DNA of 64,000 nucleotides from an uncultured bacterium (GTDB lineage: Bacteria; Patescibacteriota; Minisyncoccia; Phycocordibacterales; UBA5272). Location of the stretch: the NCBI GenBank assembly GCA_903875555.1, contig CAIQWN010000045.1, forward strand, positions 1,535 through 65,534, given 5' to 3'. A program made the position numbers and the translations under genes. The notes beneath the pieces were generated by a model. It had not been told where the DNA came from. It did not search any database and worked only from the letters and a program-made list of their open reading frames with translations. This document shows, piece by piece, positions 1 to 8,649 of the stretch (position 1 is its first letter; the number at the start of each line of letters is the position of its first letter).

Positions 1-996
1 TCTTTCTTTACTTTCTTCGTCAAAATATGAAAGATCACACCCTGAAAACTTCGAATGCTGAGAAAGATCCCAATTACCTCTTGCATGAACCCCTTCGAGC
101 TCCTTAAAACCACCTAACATCGCATAATTATATTCAATATCATAAGCATCGGTTGCATAATGTGCTAACTTTTCATGTTTAAACCAATTTAATCTACTTT
201 CTGGTATTCCATAATTTAAATAGAAAGCCCAACGATATTGATGCCATTCTTCATAAATATTTTTTGTTGCATTTCCACCATCAGTTTTTGGATTAAAAAA
301 ATATTGCATTTCCATTTGTTCAAATTCACGAGTTCTAAAAACAAATTGCTTTGCAACAATTTCATTTCTAAAAGCTTTACCAACTTGTGCAATACCAAAA
401 GGAAGCTTTGGATGAAGAGAATCAACTGTGTTTTTATATTGTAAATAAATACCACCACAAGTTTCTGGGCGAAGATACACAACGTTTTCTTCCGACAAAG
501 TATCAACTGGAGAACCAAGATTCGATTTCACCATCAATGAAAATCTTTTTGCTGGTGTTAAATCTGCACTTTTACAATTAGGACAAACCAGTTTCTTATC
601 GGCACGCAATTTATCAAGTTCTGTGTTTATCCATTCAATAGATTGCTTGTCCGCATTTATTCCAAACTCTTCAAGAACATGATCGGCGCGAAAGCGAGCC
701 TTACATTTACGACAATCAATTTGTGGATCATCAAAACCATCAACATGACCAGAGGCCTTCCAAGTTGTTGGATGCATAAAAATAGCACTATCAAGCAAAA
801 CCACATCCTCCCTCTCTTGTGCCATAGATTTTGTCCAAGCGGATTTAATATTATTTAAAAGTAATGTTCCATAATGACCGTAATCATAAATACCAGAAAG
901 GCCTCCATAAATTTCTGATGACTGATAAACAAAACCTCTACGTTTTAGTAAAGACACAATTGTTTCAAACCTTTCTTTCGGATCAATGTTATTCAT
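1..996 (-). CDS. glyQS: glycyl-tRNA synthetase (class II, alpha2 type), N-terminal ~330 aa; C-terminus lies beyond window start
   Basis: Manual minus-strand translation from the ATG at 996-994 gives MNNIDPKERFETIVSLLKRRGFVYQSSEIYGGLSGIYDYGHYG...FRNEIVAKQFVFRTREFEQMEMQYF, which matches GlyRS. It is not in the ORF track because it has no stop within the window. Confidence 0.8.
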   Translation of the reverse strand, partial: MNNIDPKERFETIVSLLKRRGFVYQSSEIYGGLSGIYDYGHYGTLLLNNIKSAWTKSMAQEREDVVLLDSAIFMHPTTWKASGHVDGFDDPQIDCRKCKARFRADHVLEEFGINADKQSIEWINTELDKLRADKKLVCPNCKSADLTPAKRFSLMVKSNLGSPVDTLSEENVVYLRPETCGGIYLQYKNTVDSLHPKLPFGIAQVGKAFRNEIVAKQFVFRTREFEQMEMQYFFNPKTDGGNATKNIYEEWHQYRWAFYLNYGIPESRLNWFKHEKLAHYATDAYDIEYNYAMLGGFKELEGVHARGNWDLSQHSKFSGCDLSYFDEESKER

Positions 997-1027
997 AAAC
1001 TTATTCTAACACAAAACTATTTATATA

Positions 1028-1363
1028 TTAATTACCAAACCATCCATCAAACATAGAATTAAGTAACTTAATAATTCCAGAAATAGAAAAAATAATAAAC
1101 AAACCTAATCCTCCCCAAAGCATGTGTGATTTCCCTTCATTTAAATCAGAATCTTTGTTTCCTTCTCTCAAACTATAAATAAAAGTAAGCATCCCCCACA
1201 AAAAATAAGTTGTTGTTATAACAATAAGTAATGTGAATATTGGATTTACTAATTGATCCATCACTCTTTCCCAAACAGTGTTGGTTGCACCAGCAATACC
1301 TTGTGCAGCCACAGAAAATATTCTTGATAAAATTAAAACGTAAAGTAAAGCAACTTTTTTCAT
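1028..1363 (-). CDS. small membrane protein: signal peptide followed by two TM helices (pilin-like topology); function unknown
   Basis: 111 aa: MKKVALLYVLILSRIFSVAAQ, then a hydrophilic segment, TM, a charged loop (REGNKDSDLNEGKSH) and a second TM. Topology only. Confidence 0.4.
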   Translation of the reverse strand: MKKVALLYVLILSRIFSVAAQGIAGATNTVWERVMDQLVNPIFTLLIVITTTYFLWGMLTFIYSLREGNKDSDLNEGKSHMLWGGLGLFIIFSISGIIKLLNSMFDGWFGN

Positions 1364-1412
1364 AAATATATTATATCAAATAAAACAAAAATTGTTGTTA
1401 ATAAAATAAAAA

Positions 1413-1440
1413 TCTCGCAACTATGCGAGATTTTTATTTT
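1413..1440 (-). terminator. intrinsic terminator hairpin downstream of rpsL
   Basis: tctcgca-acta-tgcgaga stem-loop flanked by T/A runs on both strands, immediately after the rpsL stop. Confidence 0.5.
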
Positions 1441-1876
1441 ATTTCTTCTTTGCTGCTACTGCTCCTGCCTTTGGACGCTTAGCTCCATAAAGTGATCTAC
1501 CTTGTCTACGAGCATCTACACCTGTTGCGTCTAGTCTTCCGCGAACAATGTGATAACGTACACCAGCCAAGTCCTTCACACGTCCTCCACGTAGCATAAC
1601 TACCGAGTGTTCTTGTAACTTGTGCTTTTCTCCTGGAATATAAGCTGTTACTTCAAGACCATTTGTTAAACGTACACGAGCAATTTTACGAAGAGCTGAG
1701 TTCGGCTTCTTTGGGGTTGTTGTTGTAACTTTTGTACAAACACCTCTCTTGAATGGTGAGTTATAAAAATTTGGACGATTTTGCACAGCATTAAAACCAC
1801 GACCCATAGCAATAGAGCGAGATTTTCTTCTGACTTGTGTGCGTCCTTTTTTAACTAATTGACTTACTGTTGGCAT
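1439..1876 (-). CDS. rpsL: 30S ribosomal protein S12
   Basis: 145 aa, [12 protein letters not shown]...[10 protein letters not shown]...VRYHIVRG: canonical uS12 sequence. Confidence 0.95.
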   Translation of the reverse strand: MPTVSQLVKKGRTQVRRKSRSIAMGRGFNAVQNRPNFYNSPFKRGVCTKVTTTTPKKPNSALRKIARVRLTNGLEVTAYIPGEKHKLQEHSVVMLRGGRVKDLAGVRYHIVRGRLDATGVDARRQGRSLYGAKRPKAGAVAAKKK

Positions 1877-1930
1877 AATTTAATATTTGCAAACTATATC
1901 AAATAATATACATTAATGCAAGAAAACTAT

Positions 1931-2329
1931 TTAATCCTTTACTCCCATTACTTTATCCTTCATAAAATCATAAATAACAATTTTAGTTTTGTATATGATA
2001 ATATAATCCCCAATCTTTATATCCTTATAAAATTCGTTCTGATTTTTAAGTGTTATTGCATCTTGAACACGCTTCACACTTACAAGCCCATCTTGTGGTA
2101 AAATGACCTGTTTACTGACTTTATTCAAAATCTCCGACTCAGAAACGATAACGCTTTCACTAACAGTTTTATGTAAATAAAAATATAAAGACATTAAAAT
2201 TAAAACTAAAACAATACAAAAAATAAAATATTTGACTAGTTTGGGAAAAATTTTAGATAGTAAAAGATTTTTTAATACTTTCTTACCAAAATTCTTTACT
2301 TTAACTTTATAACGATAAAAAATCTTCAT
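1931..2329 (-). CDS. hypothetical membrane-anchored protein (single N-terminal TM)
   Basis: 132-aa ORF with a hydrophobic segment IFCIVLVLILMSLYFYL; no recognisable motif. Confidence 0.35.
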   Translation of the reverse strand: MKIFYRYKVKVKNFGKKVLKNLLLSKIFPKLVKYFIFCIVLVLILMSLYFYLHKTVSESVIVSESEILNKVSKQVILPQDGLVSVKRVQDAITLKNQNEFYKDIKIGDYIIIYKTKIVIYDFMKDKVMGVKD

Positions 2330-2381
2330 TCTCTTTATTATAAGCCATAAAATTAAACATGACTGTTTATAACTGAAGAAT

Positions 2382-3038
2382 TTATGACAGTATCTTCATT
2401 ACAACAGAAAACAAAAAAGGTGCCACATAAGAAAAAATAGTCGAAGCAACAATAATCGCAATAATTAAATACACTGGATTATAAACAACATTCGAAAAAC
2501 TATTTCTCAATCTTGGAAATAATGATTGTAATATAGACATTCCATCAAACGGTGGAATCGGCATCAAGTTAAACAAAGCGAGAGAAATATTTACACCTAT
2601 AATTGTAAACAAGGCACTACTTAATTTCATATCCAACATTCCATTTACAGAAAATACTTTAAAAAATATCATCGCTAATATAGCAAGTAAAATATTAGCG
2701 ATAACACCAGCAGCCGAAACAAATGTTTCTCCATACTTTCCTTCTACATTTCTTATGTTCACTGGTACGGGTTTTGCCCAACCAAGAAACATTCCAGACA
2801 TTGTAAATGAAAGTATCGGCACAAGAATTGAGCCAACAATATCAATGTGTGGAATCGGATTTAAAGTAAGTCGTCCCATTCTATAAGCAGTTTCGTCCCC
2901 TAAGATATAAGCAACGTATCCGTGCGCCACCTCGTGAATAATTATAGAAAATAAAATAACTAATATCGGAAAAATTGACTGAAAAATATTTAATGTGTCT
3001 AACATTCTTAAATAATACCACGAAATGAATTTTGTCAT
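2382..3038 (-). CDS. site-2 protease family zinc metalloprotease (peptidase M50)
   Basis: HEVAHG (HExxH) within a TM helix, polytopic membrane protein, about 218 aa. Confidence 0.75.
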   Translation of the reverse strand: MTKFISWYYLRMLDTLNIFQSIFPILVILFSIIIHEVAHGYVAYILGDETAYRMGRLTLNPIPHIDIVGSILVPILSFTMSGMFLGWAKPVPVNIRNVEGKYGETFVSAAGVIANILLAILAMIFFKVFSVNGMLDMKLSSALFTIIGVNISLALFNLMPIPPFDGMSILQSLFPRLRNSFSNVVYNPVYLIIAIIVASTIFSYVAPFLFSVVMKILS

Positions 3039-3062
3039 TCCTGCGAAAGCAGGAATCTAGTG
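3034..3062. repeat. palindromic dispersed repeat, copy 1 (GTCATTCC-TGC-GAAA-GCA-GGAATCTAGTG)
   Basis: gtcattcctgcgaaagcaggaatctagtg: 8-bp stem with a GAAA loop and conserved flanks gtc / ctagtg. Related copies lie at 5626, 23577, 49601 and 49984. Confidence 0.8.
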
Positions 3063-3162
3063 TGTTTGGTTTTCCTTACTTCGTTCTGCTTACTACACAC
3101 CACTTTTTCTATTGCATCTAAAATAAAATTGTGATAATATACCTAAACTAATCAATAAATCT

Positions 3163-3366
3163 ATGGCAAGCACATGTCCACTATGTCTAAAAGGTTCAAA
3201 AGTTGTTGGAAAATATAGCAACTCTGTTCGTGCTACAAAGTTTAATCCTTGTGGTGATCGTCGCGTATACCCAAACCTACAATGGGCTCGTATTCCAAAT
3301 GGACCTCGTGTAAAGATCTGTACTTCTTGTATGAAGCGCGGTCTACACCTACAGATTAAACTATAA
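3163..3366 (+). CDS. rpmB: probable 50S ribosomal protein L28 (bL28), zinc-ribbon form
   Basis: 67 aa, MASTCPLC...NSVRATKF...PNLQWARIPNGPRVKICTSCMKRG aligns with bL28 (C..TGK..GN.RSHA.N..KR...NLQ.VR....G..KRV.V....LKSG); four Cys. Confidence 0.5.
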   Translation: MASTCPLCLKGSKVVGKYSNSVRATKFNPCGDRRVYPNLQWARIPNGPRVKICTSCMKRGLHLQIKL

Positions 3367-3386
3367 GTTTAATCAACCAAAATTTA

Positions 3387-3413
3387 AAAGCGACACCCAA
3401 CGGTGTCGCTTTT
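3387..3413 (+). terminator. intrinsic terminator after the bL28 gene
   Basis: gcgacacc-caac-ggtgtcgc hairpin followed by ttttaaatttttt. Confidence 0.55.
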
Positions 3414-3428
3414 AAATTTTTTATATAA

Positions 3429-3932
3429 ATGTTAGGATTCCAATATTCGCTCACTTACAAGAAAGGTTGGAAAGGAAATATGAAAAAAATTATTTCTGGT
3501 ATGTTTTTGCAAGAGGTGCTGCTTCCAGCTATTGGATACGACACAGGAATTGGTGAAGTTGTTGTTATTCAACCAAAACAATTACAGCAAATGTTCACTG
3601 GGGTAATTTTCCCAAGGGAAGAGATTCATTTGTACGACGGTGTCAATGGTTATATTTTTGATGCGTATGGCGTTGCTTTTGTTTACAGTTTTGAAGAAAA
3701 CGAGACTTCACTTTCGTTCACAAAACAATATATGAACAGACAAGATTCAATCGACTACCACTTCAACAAGAAAGAAGGTAACGAGTGGATTGGCACATTT
3801 AACGGTAAAGCAACGGGAGCAGGATACTCCAGCTGTGTAATAAATGTCGTGTCGGATAAATTTCTTGATAGTAGCAGATTTGCTGACATACCACTTCCAC
3901 CAACCTCCGTAAATTATGTAAACATCACTTGA
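3429..3932 (+). CDS. hypothetical protein (likely start at MKKIIS, about 3480)
   Basis: 167-aa ORF with no recognisable motif; followed by overlapping hairpins at 3945-3990. Confidence 0.35.
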   Translation: MLGFQYSLTYKKGWKGNMKKIISGMFLQEVLLPAIGYDTGIGEVVVIQPKQLQQMFTGVIFPREEIHLYDGVNGYIFDAYGVAFVYSFEENETSLSFTKQYMNRQDSIDYHFNKKEGNEWIGTFNGKATGAGYSSCVINVVSDKFLDSSRFADIPLPPTSVNYVNIT

Positions 3933-4011
3933 ATTGTATGAGTAAAACCTCGCAACGAAACCACTTGTTGTGAGGTTTCGTTGTTTTTAACTAATTACCA
4001 ATGATCAATTA

Positions 4012-4995
4012 CTAATGACTCCCTCTCACTTCAAAACTTTTTCCATTCAAAATAAATTCAACATCTCCCAAATCAATCGTACTAAAAATTACTTTCCCAT
4101 ATTTCTTCAATCTTTCTATCGTTTCAATATTCGGATGTCCATATTTATTATCTTTTCCTGCACTTATCACCGCATAATAAGGTTTGATATAAGAAAGTAA
4201 TTGTTCACCACTAGAATTTTTACTTCCGTGATGTCCCGCTTTATAAATAGTCACATTCTCAGACAACAAATTACTCTCAATTAATTTATTTTCTCTTACA
4301 CTTGGCAAATCACCAGTAAATAAAAAAGTTTTATCTTGATAAGTGAGTAATATGCAGACCGACGCTTCATTTGTATCAGTCTTTGAAGAAAGATTTTGCA
4401 CAGGATACAAAACTTTTGCAATCACTCCATCATTAAAATCAATCTCATCACCAGTCTTTGCAATATAAACACGTGCCCCGTCGAAGCCTTTAGGCGAAGT
4501 GGGGTTCGCACCACCATTCTTTTCATTCCGTGTCCCGTCGGAGCTTTTAGCGGAGTGGGATTCAATTTCATTATCAAGCAAATTAAAAACCTCAGTCTTT
4601 CCTTTCACTGGCGACTCGATCACATTTTTCACATTATATTTTTCGAAAACCGGAATAAGTCCCGTTATATGATCCGCATCCGCATGAGTTGCCACCACTA
4701 CATCAATATCATTATCAAAAAATCCCATTTTACTATTTAACTTTTGCATCACTTTATTATTCGGACCACCATCGATTAACATTTGCTTGTGACTTGGTGT
4801 CTCGACAAAAATAGAATCCCCCTGTCCAACATCAAAAAATGTAACTGTCAGTTCTCCCTCGTTTGTTTTTATAAAAATAAAATACAAACAAACAAAAAGC
4901 ACAACAACTCCAACCGAAGCAAAAAATATTTTTCCATACTCCTCCAAAAATATCTTAACATTCTCAAACTTTTCTTTAAGCCAGTCATTAAGCAT
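4012..4995 (-). CDS. ComEC-type metallo-beta-lactamase domain protein with an N-terminal TM anchor (corresponds to the ComEC C-terminal domain)
   Basis: FFDVGQGDSIFVETPSHKQMLIDGGP...VVATHADADHITGL...YKAGHHGSKNSS is the ComEC lactamase-domain signature (LDVGQGDA...IDGG...HxDxDH...HHGS). Confidence 0.65.
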   Translation of the reverse strand: MLNDWLKEKFENVKIFLEEYGKIFFASVGVVVLFVCLYFIFIKTNEGELTVTFFDVGQGDSIFVETPSHKQMLIDGGPNNKVMQKLNSKMGFFDNDIDVVVATHADADHITGLIPVFEKYNVKNVIESPVKGKTEVFNLLDNEIESHSAKSSDGTRNEKNGGANPTSPKGFDGARVYIAKTGDEIDFNDGVIAKVLYPVQNLSSKTDTNEASVCILLTYQDKTFLFTGDLPSVRENKLIESNLLSENVTIYKAGHHGSKNSSGEQLLSYIKPYYAVISAGKDNKYGHPNIETIERLKKYGKVIFSTIDLGDVEFILNGKSFEVRGSH

Positions 4996-5049
4996 ACTTT
5001 TAGTATAACTCTCCTTGCTTCTTTATCATTAATCCGTTATCCTTTATTC

Positions 5050-5616
5050 ATGTTTGAACTTGACCTTCACTCCCTCATCTCCACATTCTCATATCTCGCC
5101 ATATTTCTTTTGCTTATCGTAAACGGTGCAGTTAACTTCCCTTCTTCACAAATTATTTATTTAATTGCCGGATATTTTATTGCAACAGGAAAACTTTCTT
5201 TTATTCCAACAATCATATCTGGCTCCATTGGTAACATAATCGGTAATCTAATAACTTATTTTCTAGTTTATAAATACGGAAAAGTTATTGTCACAAAATA
5301 TTTATATATCAAAGAAGATATTTTAAACAAAATGCATAAAGAATTCGAAGGTCGTGGGCTTATATTTTTATACATTGGCAAATTAACACCTTCACTTAAA
5401 GTTTTCATCCCAAGTGTCGCAGGACTTTCAAAAATAAAATATTCTCACGCTCTTTTTTTGTTTTCTATAACCTCAATCATCTGGTCATCAGCTATCGTTT
5501 ACATTGGTTACCTCTTCGGTGAACACATCACTTTCAAAAACTACTCAATCACCATGGGAATAGTCGGCATCGTCATCGCATTCATCGCTTATAAAAAATT
5601 CCAGAGTATAAAATAG
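5050..5616 (+). CDS. DedA/SNARE-associated (TVP38/TMEM64) family membrane protein
   Basis: Starts at the first ATG (5050), MFELDLHSL...; motifs IYLIAGYF...G..SF and ...YIGKLTPSLKVFIPSVAGLSKIKY. The 4783 start in the ORF track is an upstream extension. Confidence 0.65.
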   Translation: MFELDLHSLISTFSYLAIFLLLIVNGAVNFPSSQIIYLIAGYFIATGKLSFIPTIISGSIGNIIGNLITYFLVYKYGKVIVTKYLYIKEDILNKMHKEFEGRGLIFLYIGKLTPSLKVFIPSVAGLSKIKYSHALFLFSITSIIWSSAIVYIGYLFGEHITFKNYSITMGIVGIVIAFIAYKKFQSIK

Positions 5617-5625
5617 TCCTGTTTT

Positions 5626-5654
5626 GTCATTCCTGTGGAAACAGGAATCTAGTG
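5626..5654. repeat. palindromic dispersed repeat, copy 2
   Basis: gtcattcctgtggaaacaggaatctagtg: the stem carries compensatory changes (tgt/aca) relative to copy 1. It lies between convergent gene ends. Confidence 0.8.
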
Positions 5655-5660
5655 TCTAAA

Positions 5661-6107
5661 TTATCTATTATTTTTATAAATCACGTGAATCAGTTCGTTA
5701 TCATCACCCCTAATAATTTCTTTCATTATTTCCGGTCTTAAATCAACATCATCAATTTCCATATCATTAAATTCCTTAAAGTTTGAGCCTAAATTTAATT
5801 CATGTAGTTCCTCTGCTAAATAAACAAAGCAAATTTCATGAAAATATTTATCTGATCCTACACTAAAAAAGTTTTCAATTACAGCTCTCATTTTTACTTT
5901 CTCAAGATTAATCCCAACCTCTTCAAAAACTTCTCTTTTTGCTGCTTGTTCGGAAGACTCGTTTATTTTAACCCTTCCTCCAATAACAAAATAAAATCCT
6001 TCTGGGTTTTTCTCAAAAACATAACCATTTTTTGTTTTAATTAAAACAGCAACGCGTATGTTTAACTTTGTATCACCTAATTCAATTGTCAGATCTGTAT
6101 CTTTCAT
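5661..6107 (-). CDS. NUDIX hydrolase
   Basis: Nudix box GGRVKINESSEQAAKREVFEEVG. Confidence 0.75.
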   Translation of the reverse strand: MKDTDLTIELGDTKLNIRVAVLIKTKNGYVFEKNPEGFYFVIGGRVKINESSEQAAKREVFEEVGINLEKVKMRAVIENFFSVGSDKYFHEICFVYLAEELHELNLGSNFKEFNDMEIDDVDLRPEIMKEIIRGDDNELIHVIYKNNR

Positions 6108-6127
6108 AATACGAATAATATCACAAA

Positions 6128-7636
6128 CTAATACTTAATCACCACAAACTCTTCACCGTCCTCATCTACATATTTCTCTTCTTCCAATTTATTTTTCAAA
6201 ATAAAGTATAAAACCACAACCAAAACATAAATCAAAAACATAAACGATGAGGACAAATTACTTTGTATGTACGAAAACGGAAGTGAAGCAAAAAATGTCG
6301 CAATTAAAATAATAAATTTAAGAAGTAACGTTGTCACAAATCCAAAAATAACAGTAAGAAAAACACTTACAAATGAAAACAAAATCACCAAAGTAGAAAA
6401 TAACATTGCGACAGGAACAATCGGCACAATAATTAAATTCGTAATCAAAGAATAAATAGAAATAAATCCAAATGTGTAAATAATATATGGAAGAGTCGCA
6501 ATTGTTGCAGAAAGTGTCGTACTCAAAACCTCTTTCATAAATCTTAAATGTTTAAATCTCTCTAAAGATTTTGTAATTAATGGTGACAAATAAACAATTC
6601 CTGCTGTCGCCAAAAAAGAAAGATGAAATGAAACATTATCCAAAATAAAACTCGTATCGTAAATCACCATCACAAAAAGTGAAAGTATCAATGCTTGCTT
6701 CGAAACATATTCTCTTCCAGAATAAAGTGCAAGAAGTGAAATAAGGGCCATAACAAAAGCTCGCACAGCACTCGCTTCTGCTCCAACCATAATCACAAAC
6801 ATAAAAGTAAACAATCCGGTAAATAAAATTCTTAAAGTAAAAGGTAGTAAAGAGAACAACAAAAGCAGAAAAGAAACAACAATCGCAATATTAAAACCAG
6901 AAAGAACAACAATGTGCGATATTCCAGCAACACGAAACAAATCTTTCATCTCTTTCGAAAAATCATTACTTCCAAAAAGCATTCCGTTGGCAAGTGGCGA
7001 CACATCAGCACTTATATATTTATTTACACGAGAAATAAAATTATCTTTAACTGTGATTAATTTATAAATAAACTTGTTTGATATTTCTCCTTCCTTGTCT
7101 ATTTTTGGAAAAAACATTTCACCTTTTATTCCACGAGTTTTTAAATAATTATTATAATCAAAAGATTTTTTATTTACTTCTGTTGGAAGCAAAATATCAC
7201 TTTCTTTTATTTCTCCATCGATTGTAATTCTCTCGCCTGCTTTAAATTCTGGATATAAAGAAGTTTTTACTAATACATTAGCATAATTATTATTTTCTTT
7301 ATATAAAGTTATTTCAACTTCTTGATAATTATCTTTTTTAACTGGTGTATCAACTACTTCTCCATAAACAATACATTTGCTTTCGCAACTAAATATTTCT
7401 TTTTCAACCGCAAACTGATGACGAGCAACTCCAAGAAACAAACCAGAGCAAACCAACATTGTAATTAGTGGAACAATATAACTTTTCTCTTTTTTCTTAA
7501 AAACAAAAAATAAAATAGCCTGTACAAGCAAAACAACAAAAGAAAAAATTGCAATCTCCGTCGAGAATTGCAATTTTTCGGAAATAAAAATACCAACAAC
7601 GAAACTTAAAACAAAAATAACTGTTTTAACATGCAT
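6128..7636 (-). CDS. comEC: ComEC/Rec2 DNA-uptake channel, N-terminal DUF4131-like plus competence polytopic membrane domain (no lactamase domain in this ORF)
   Basis: 502 aa; N-terminal TMs, an OB-like region, then a multi-TM competence domain (GISHIVVLSGFNIAIV...). The lactamase domain is encoded separately at 4012-4995. Confidence 0.65.
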   Translation of the reverse strand: MHVKTVIFVLSFVVGIFISEKLQFSTEIAIFSFVVLLVQAILFFVFKKKEKSYIVPLITMLVCSGLFLGVARHQFAVEKEIFSCESKCIVYGEVVDTPVKKDNYQEVEITLYKENNNYANVLVKTSLYPEFKAGERITIDGEIKESDILLPTEVNKKSFDYNNYLKTRGIKGEMFFPKIDKEGEISNKFIYKLITVKDNFISRVNKYISADVSPLANGMLFGSNDFSKEMKDLFRVAGISHIVVLSGFNIAIVVSFLLLLFSLLPFTLRILFTGLFTFMFVIMVGAEASAVRAFVMALISLLALYSGREYVSKQALILSLFVMVIYDTSFILDNVSFHLSFLATAGIVYLSPLITKSLERFKHLRFMKEVLSTTLSATIATLPYIIYTFGFISIYSLITNLIIVPIVPVAMLFSTLVILFSFVSVFLTVIFGFVTTLLLKFIILIATFFASLPFSYIQSNLSSSFMFLIYVLVVVLYFILKNKLEEEKYVDEDGEEFVVIKY

Positions 7637-7655
7637 AAATAAATTATAACATCAA

Positions 7656-7688
7656 AAAAAGCGACTGCTTTGCGGTCGCTTTTTTATA
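7656..7688 (-). terminator. intrinsic terminator after the membrane-protein gene
   Basis: agcgac-tgctttgcg-gtcgct hairpin flanked by A/T runs. Confidence 0.45.
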
Positions 7689-7704
7689 TATGACTCTCTT
7701 TTGT

Positions 7705-8079
7705 CTATCTAATATAAAACAAACAAAGTCCAATTACAACCATTACAACACCATAAATATTAACAACCCCTATTATCTTCTTACTTACAAAATTACGTAG
7801 TATTTCTGGTATAAAAATATATCCCAAACCTTTAAGTAAAGTTAACCACGCAAAAATAGTTACGACTGTTCTCCATGAACCCTCCCAAATATTTCCTTGC
7901 TTGATAATCAAAAGTGATGACAAAAAAACTAATATAACCCCAGTAAGATAAACAATCGCCGGATGATCAAAAAAATCTTTTAATAAATTTGGAACTGTTT
8001 TTCCTCTTGAGATAAGAAACCACCCACTAATAACTAAATATATACCTAACAATTTCGCAGCGATAAGTGAAATTTCCAT
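7705..8079 (-). CDS. hypothetical polytopic membrane protein
   Basis: 124 aa, about 4 hydrophobic helices. Confidence 0.4.
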   Translation of the reverse strand: MEISLIAAKLLGIYLVISGWFLISRGKTVPNLLKDFFDHPAIVYLTGVILVFLSSLLIIKQGNIWEGSWRTVVTIFAWLTLLKGLGYIFIPEILRNFVSKKIIGVVNIYGVVMVVIGLCLFYIR

Positions 8080-8127
8080 AAAAATTTTATTAATTACTAA
8101 TAACTTTATTATATCATTGCTTTTTTA

Positions 8128-8634
8128 TTAAAAAACAATGTTATACCCAGATCTATCTCCACGATACAGTTCTACATTATGTCCATCTGCCAACATCGTA
8201 GCAATTTCGTCAGCTCTTTCATTTAATGCAATACCACAATGTGCTTTAACATACTTCCAAATAATTTTTATTCCAGAGTTTTTTAATCTATCCTCCTCTT
8301 TTTTTAAAGCTTTCCATAAATCTTGATTCATAACTGGTTTTTTTGTTGAACCTTTCCAATCTTTTGCAATCCAACCATCTATCCACTCAGTCATTCCCTT
8401 TTTTACATACTGACTATCAGTACAAACTGTGACTTCTTTTGTTTCTTTTATTATATTACCTTCAATTTCTTTAAGTCCTTCTATACTAGCCAACAATTCC
8501 ATTTTGTTATTTGTTGTCATCTTATCACTACCACCAAGTTCAATCACTTCGTCTTTTGTGATAATAATACTTCCCCATCCCCCCTTTCCAGGATTTCCCC
8601 TACTTGATCCATCTGTCCAAATTTCTATTTTCAT
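8128..8634 (-). CDS. rnhA: ribonuclease HI
   Basis: MKIEIWTDGSSRGNPGKGGWG...CTDSQYV...KAHCG..LNERADE. Confidence 0.85.
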   Translation of the reverse strand: MKIEIWTDGSSRGNPGKGGWGSIIITKDEVIELGGSDKMTTNNKMELLASIEGLKEIEGNIIKETKEVTVCTDSQYVKKGMTEWIDGWIAKDWKGSTKKPVMNQDLWKALKKEEDRLKNSGIKIIWKYVKAHCGIALNERADEIATMLADGHNVELYRGDRSGYNIVF

Positions 8635-8649
8635 AATTCAATTATAACA

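Noticed and set aside
216-858. ORF-track entries 216-518(-), 238-444(+), 387-581(+) and 643-858(+)
   Set aside because: All lie inside the glyQS coding region in other frames or on the other strand. They have low-complexity AT-rich translations and no motifs.
3163-3366. Alternative identities for the 67-aa Cys4 protein (L33, L32, zinc-ribbon regulator)
   Set aside because: The PNLQ...R....G.RVK.C..C.K.G block aligns best with bL28. The other ribosomal zinc-ribbon proteins lack this block.
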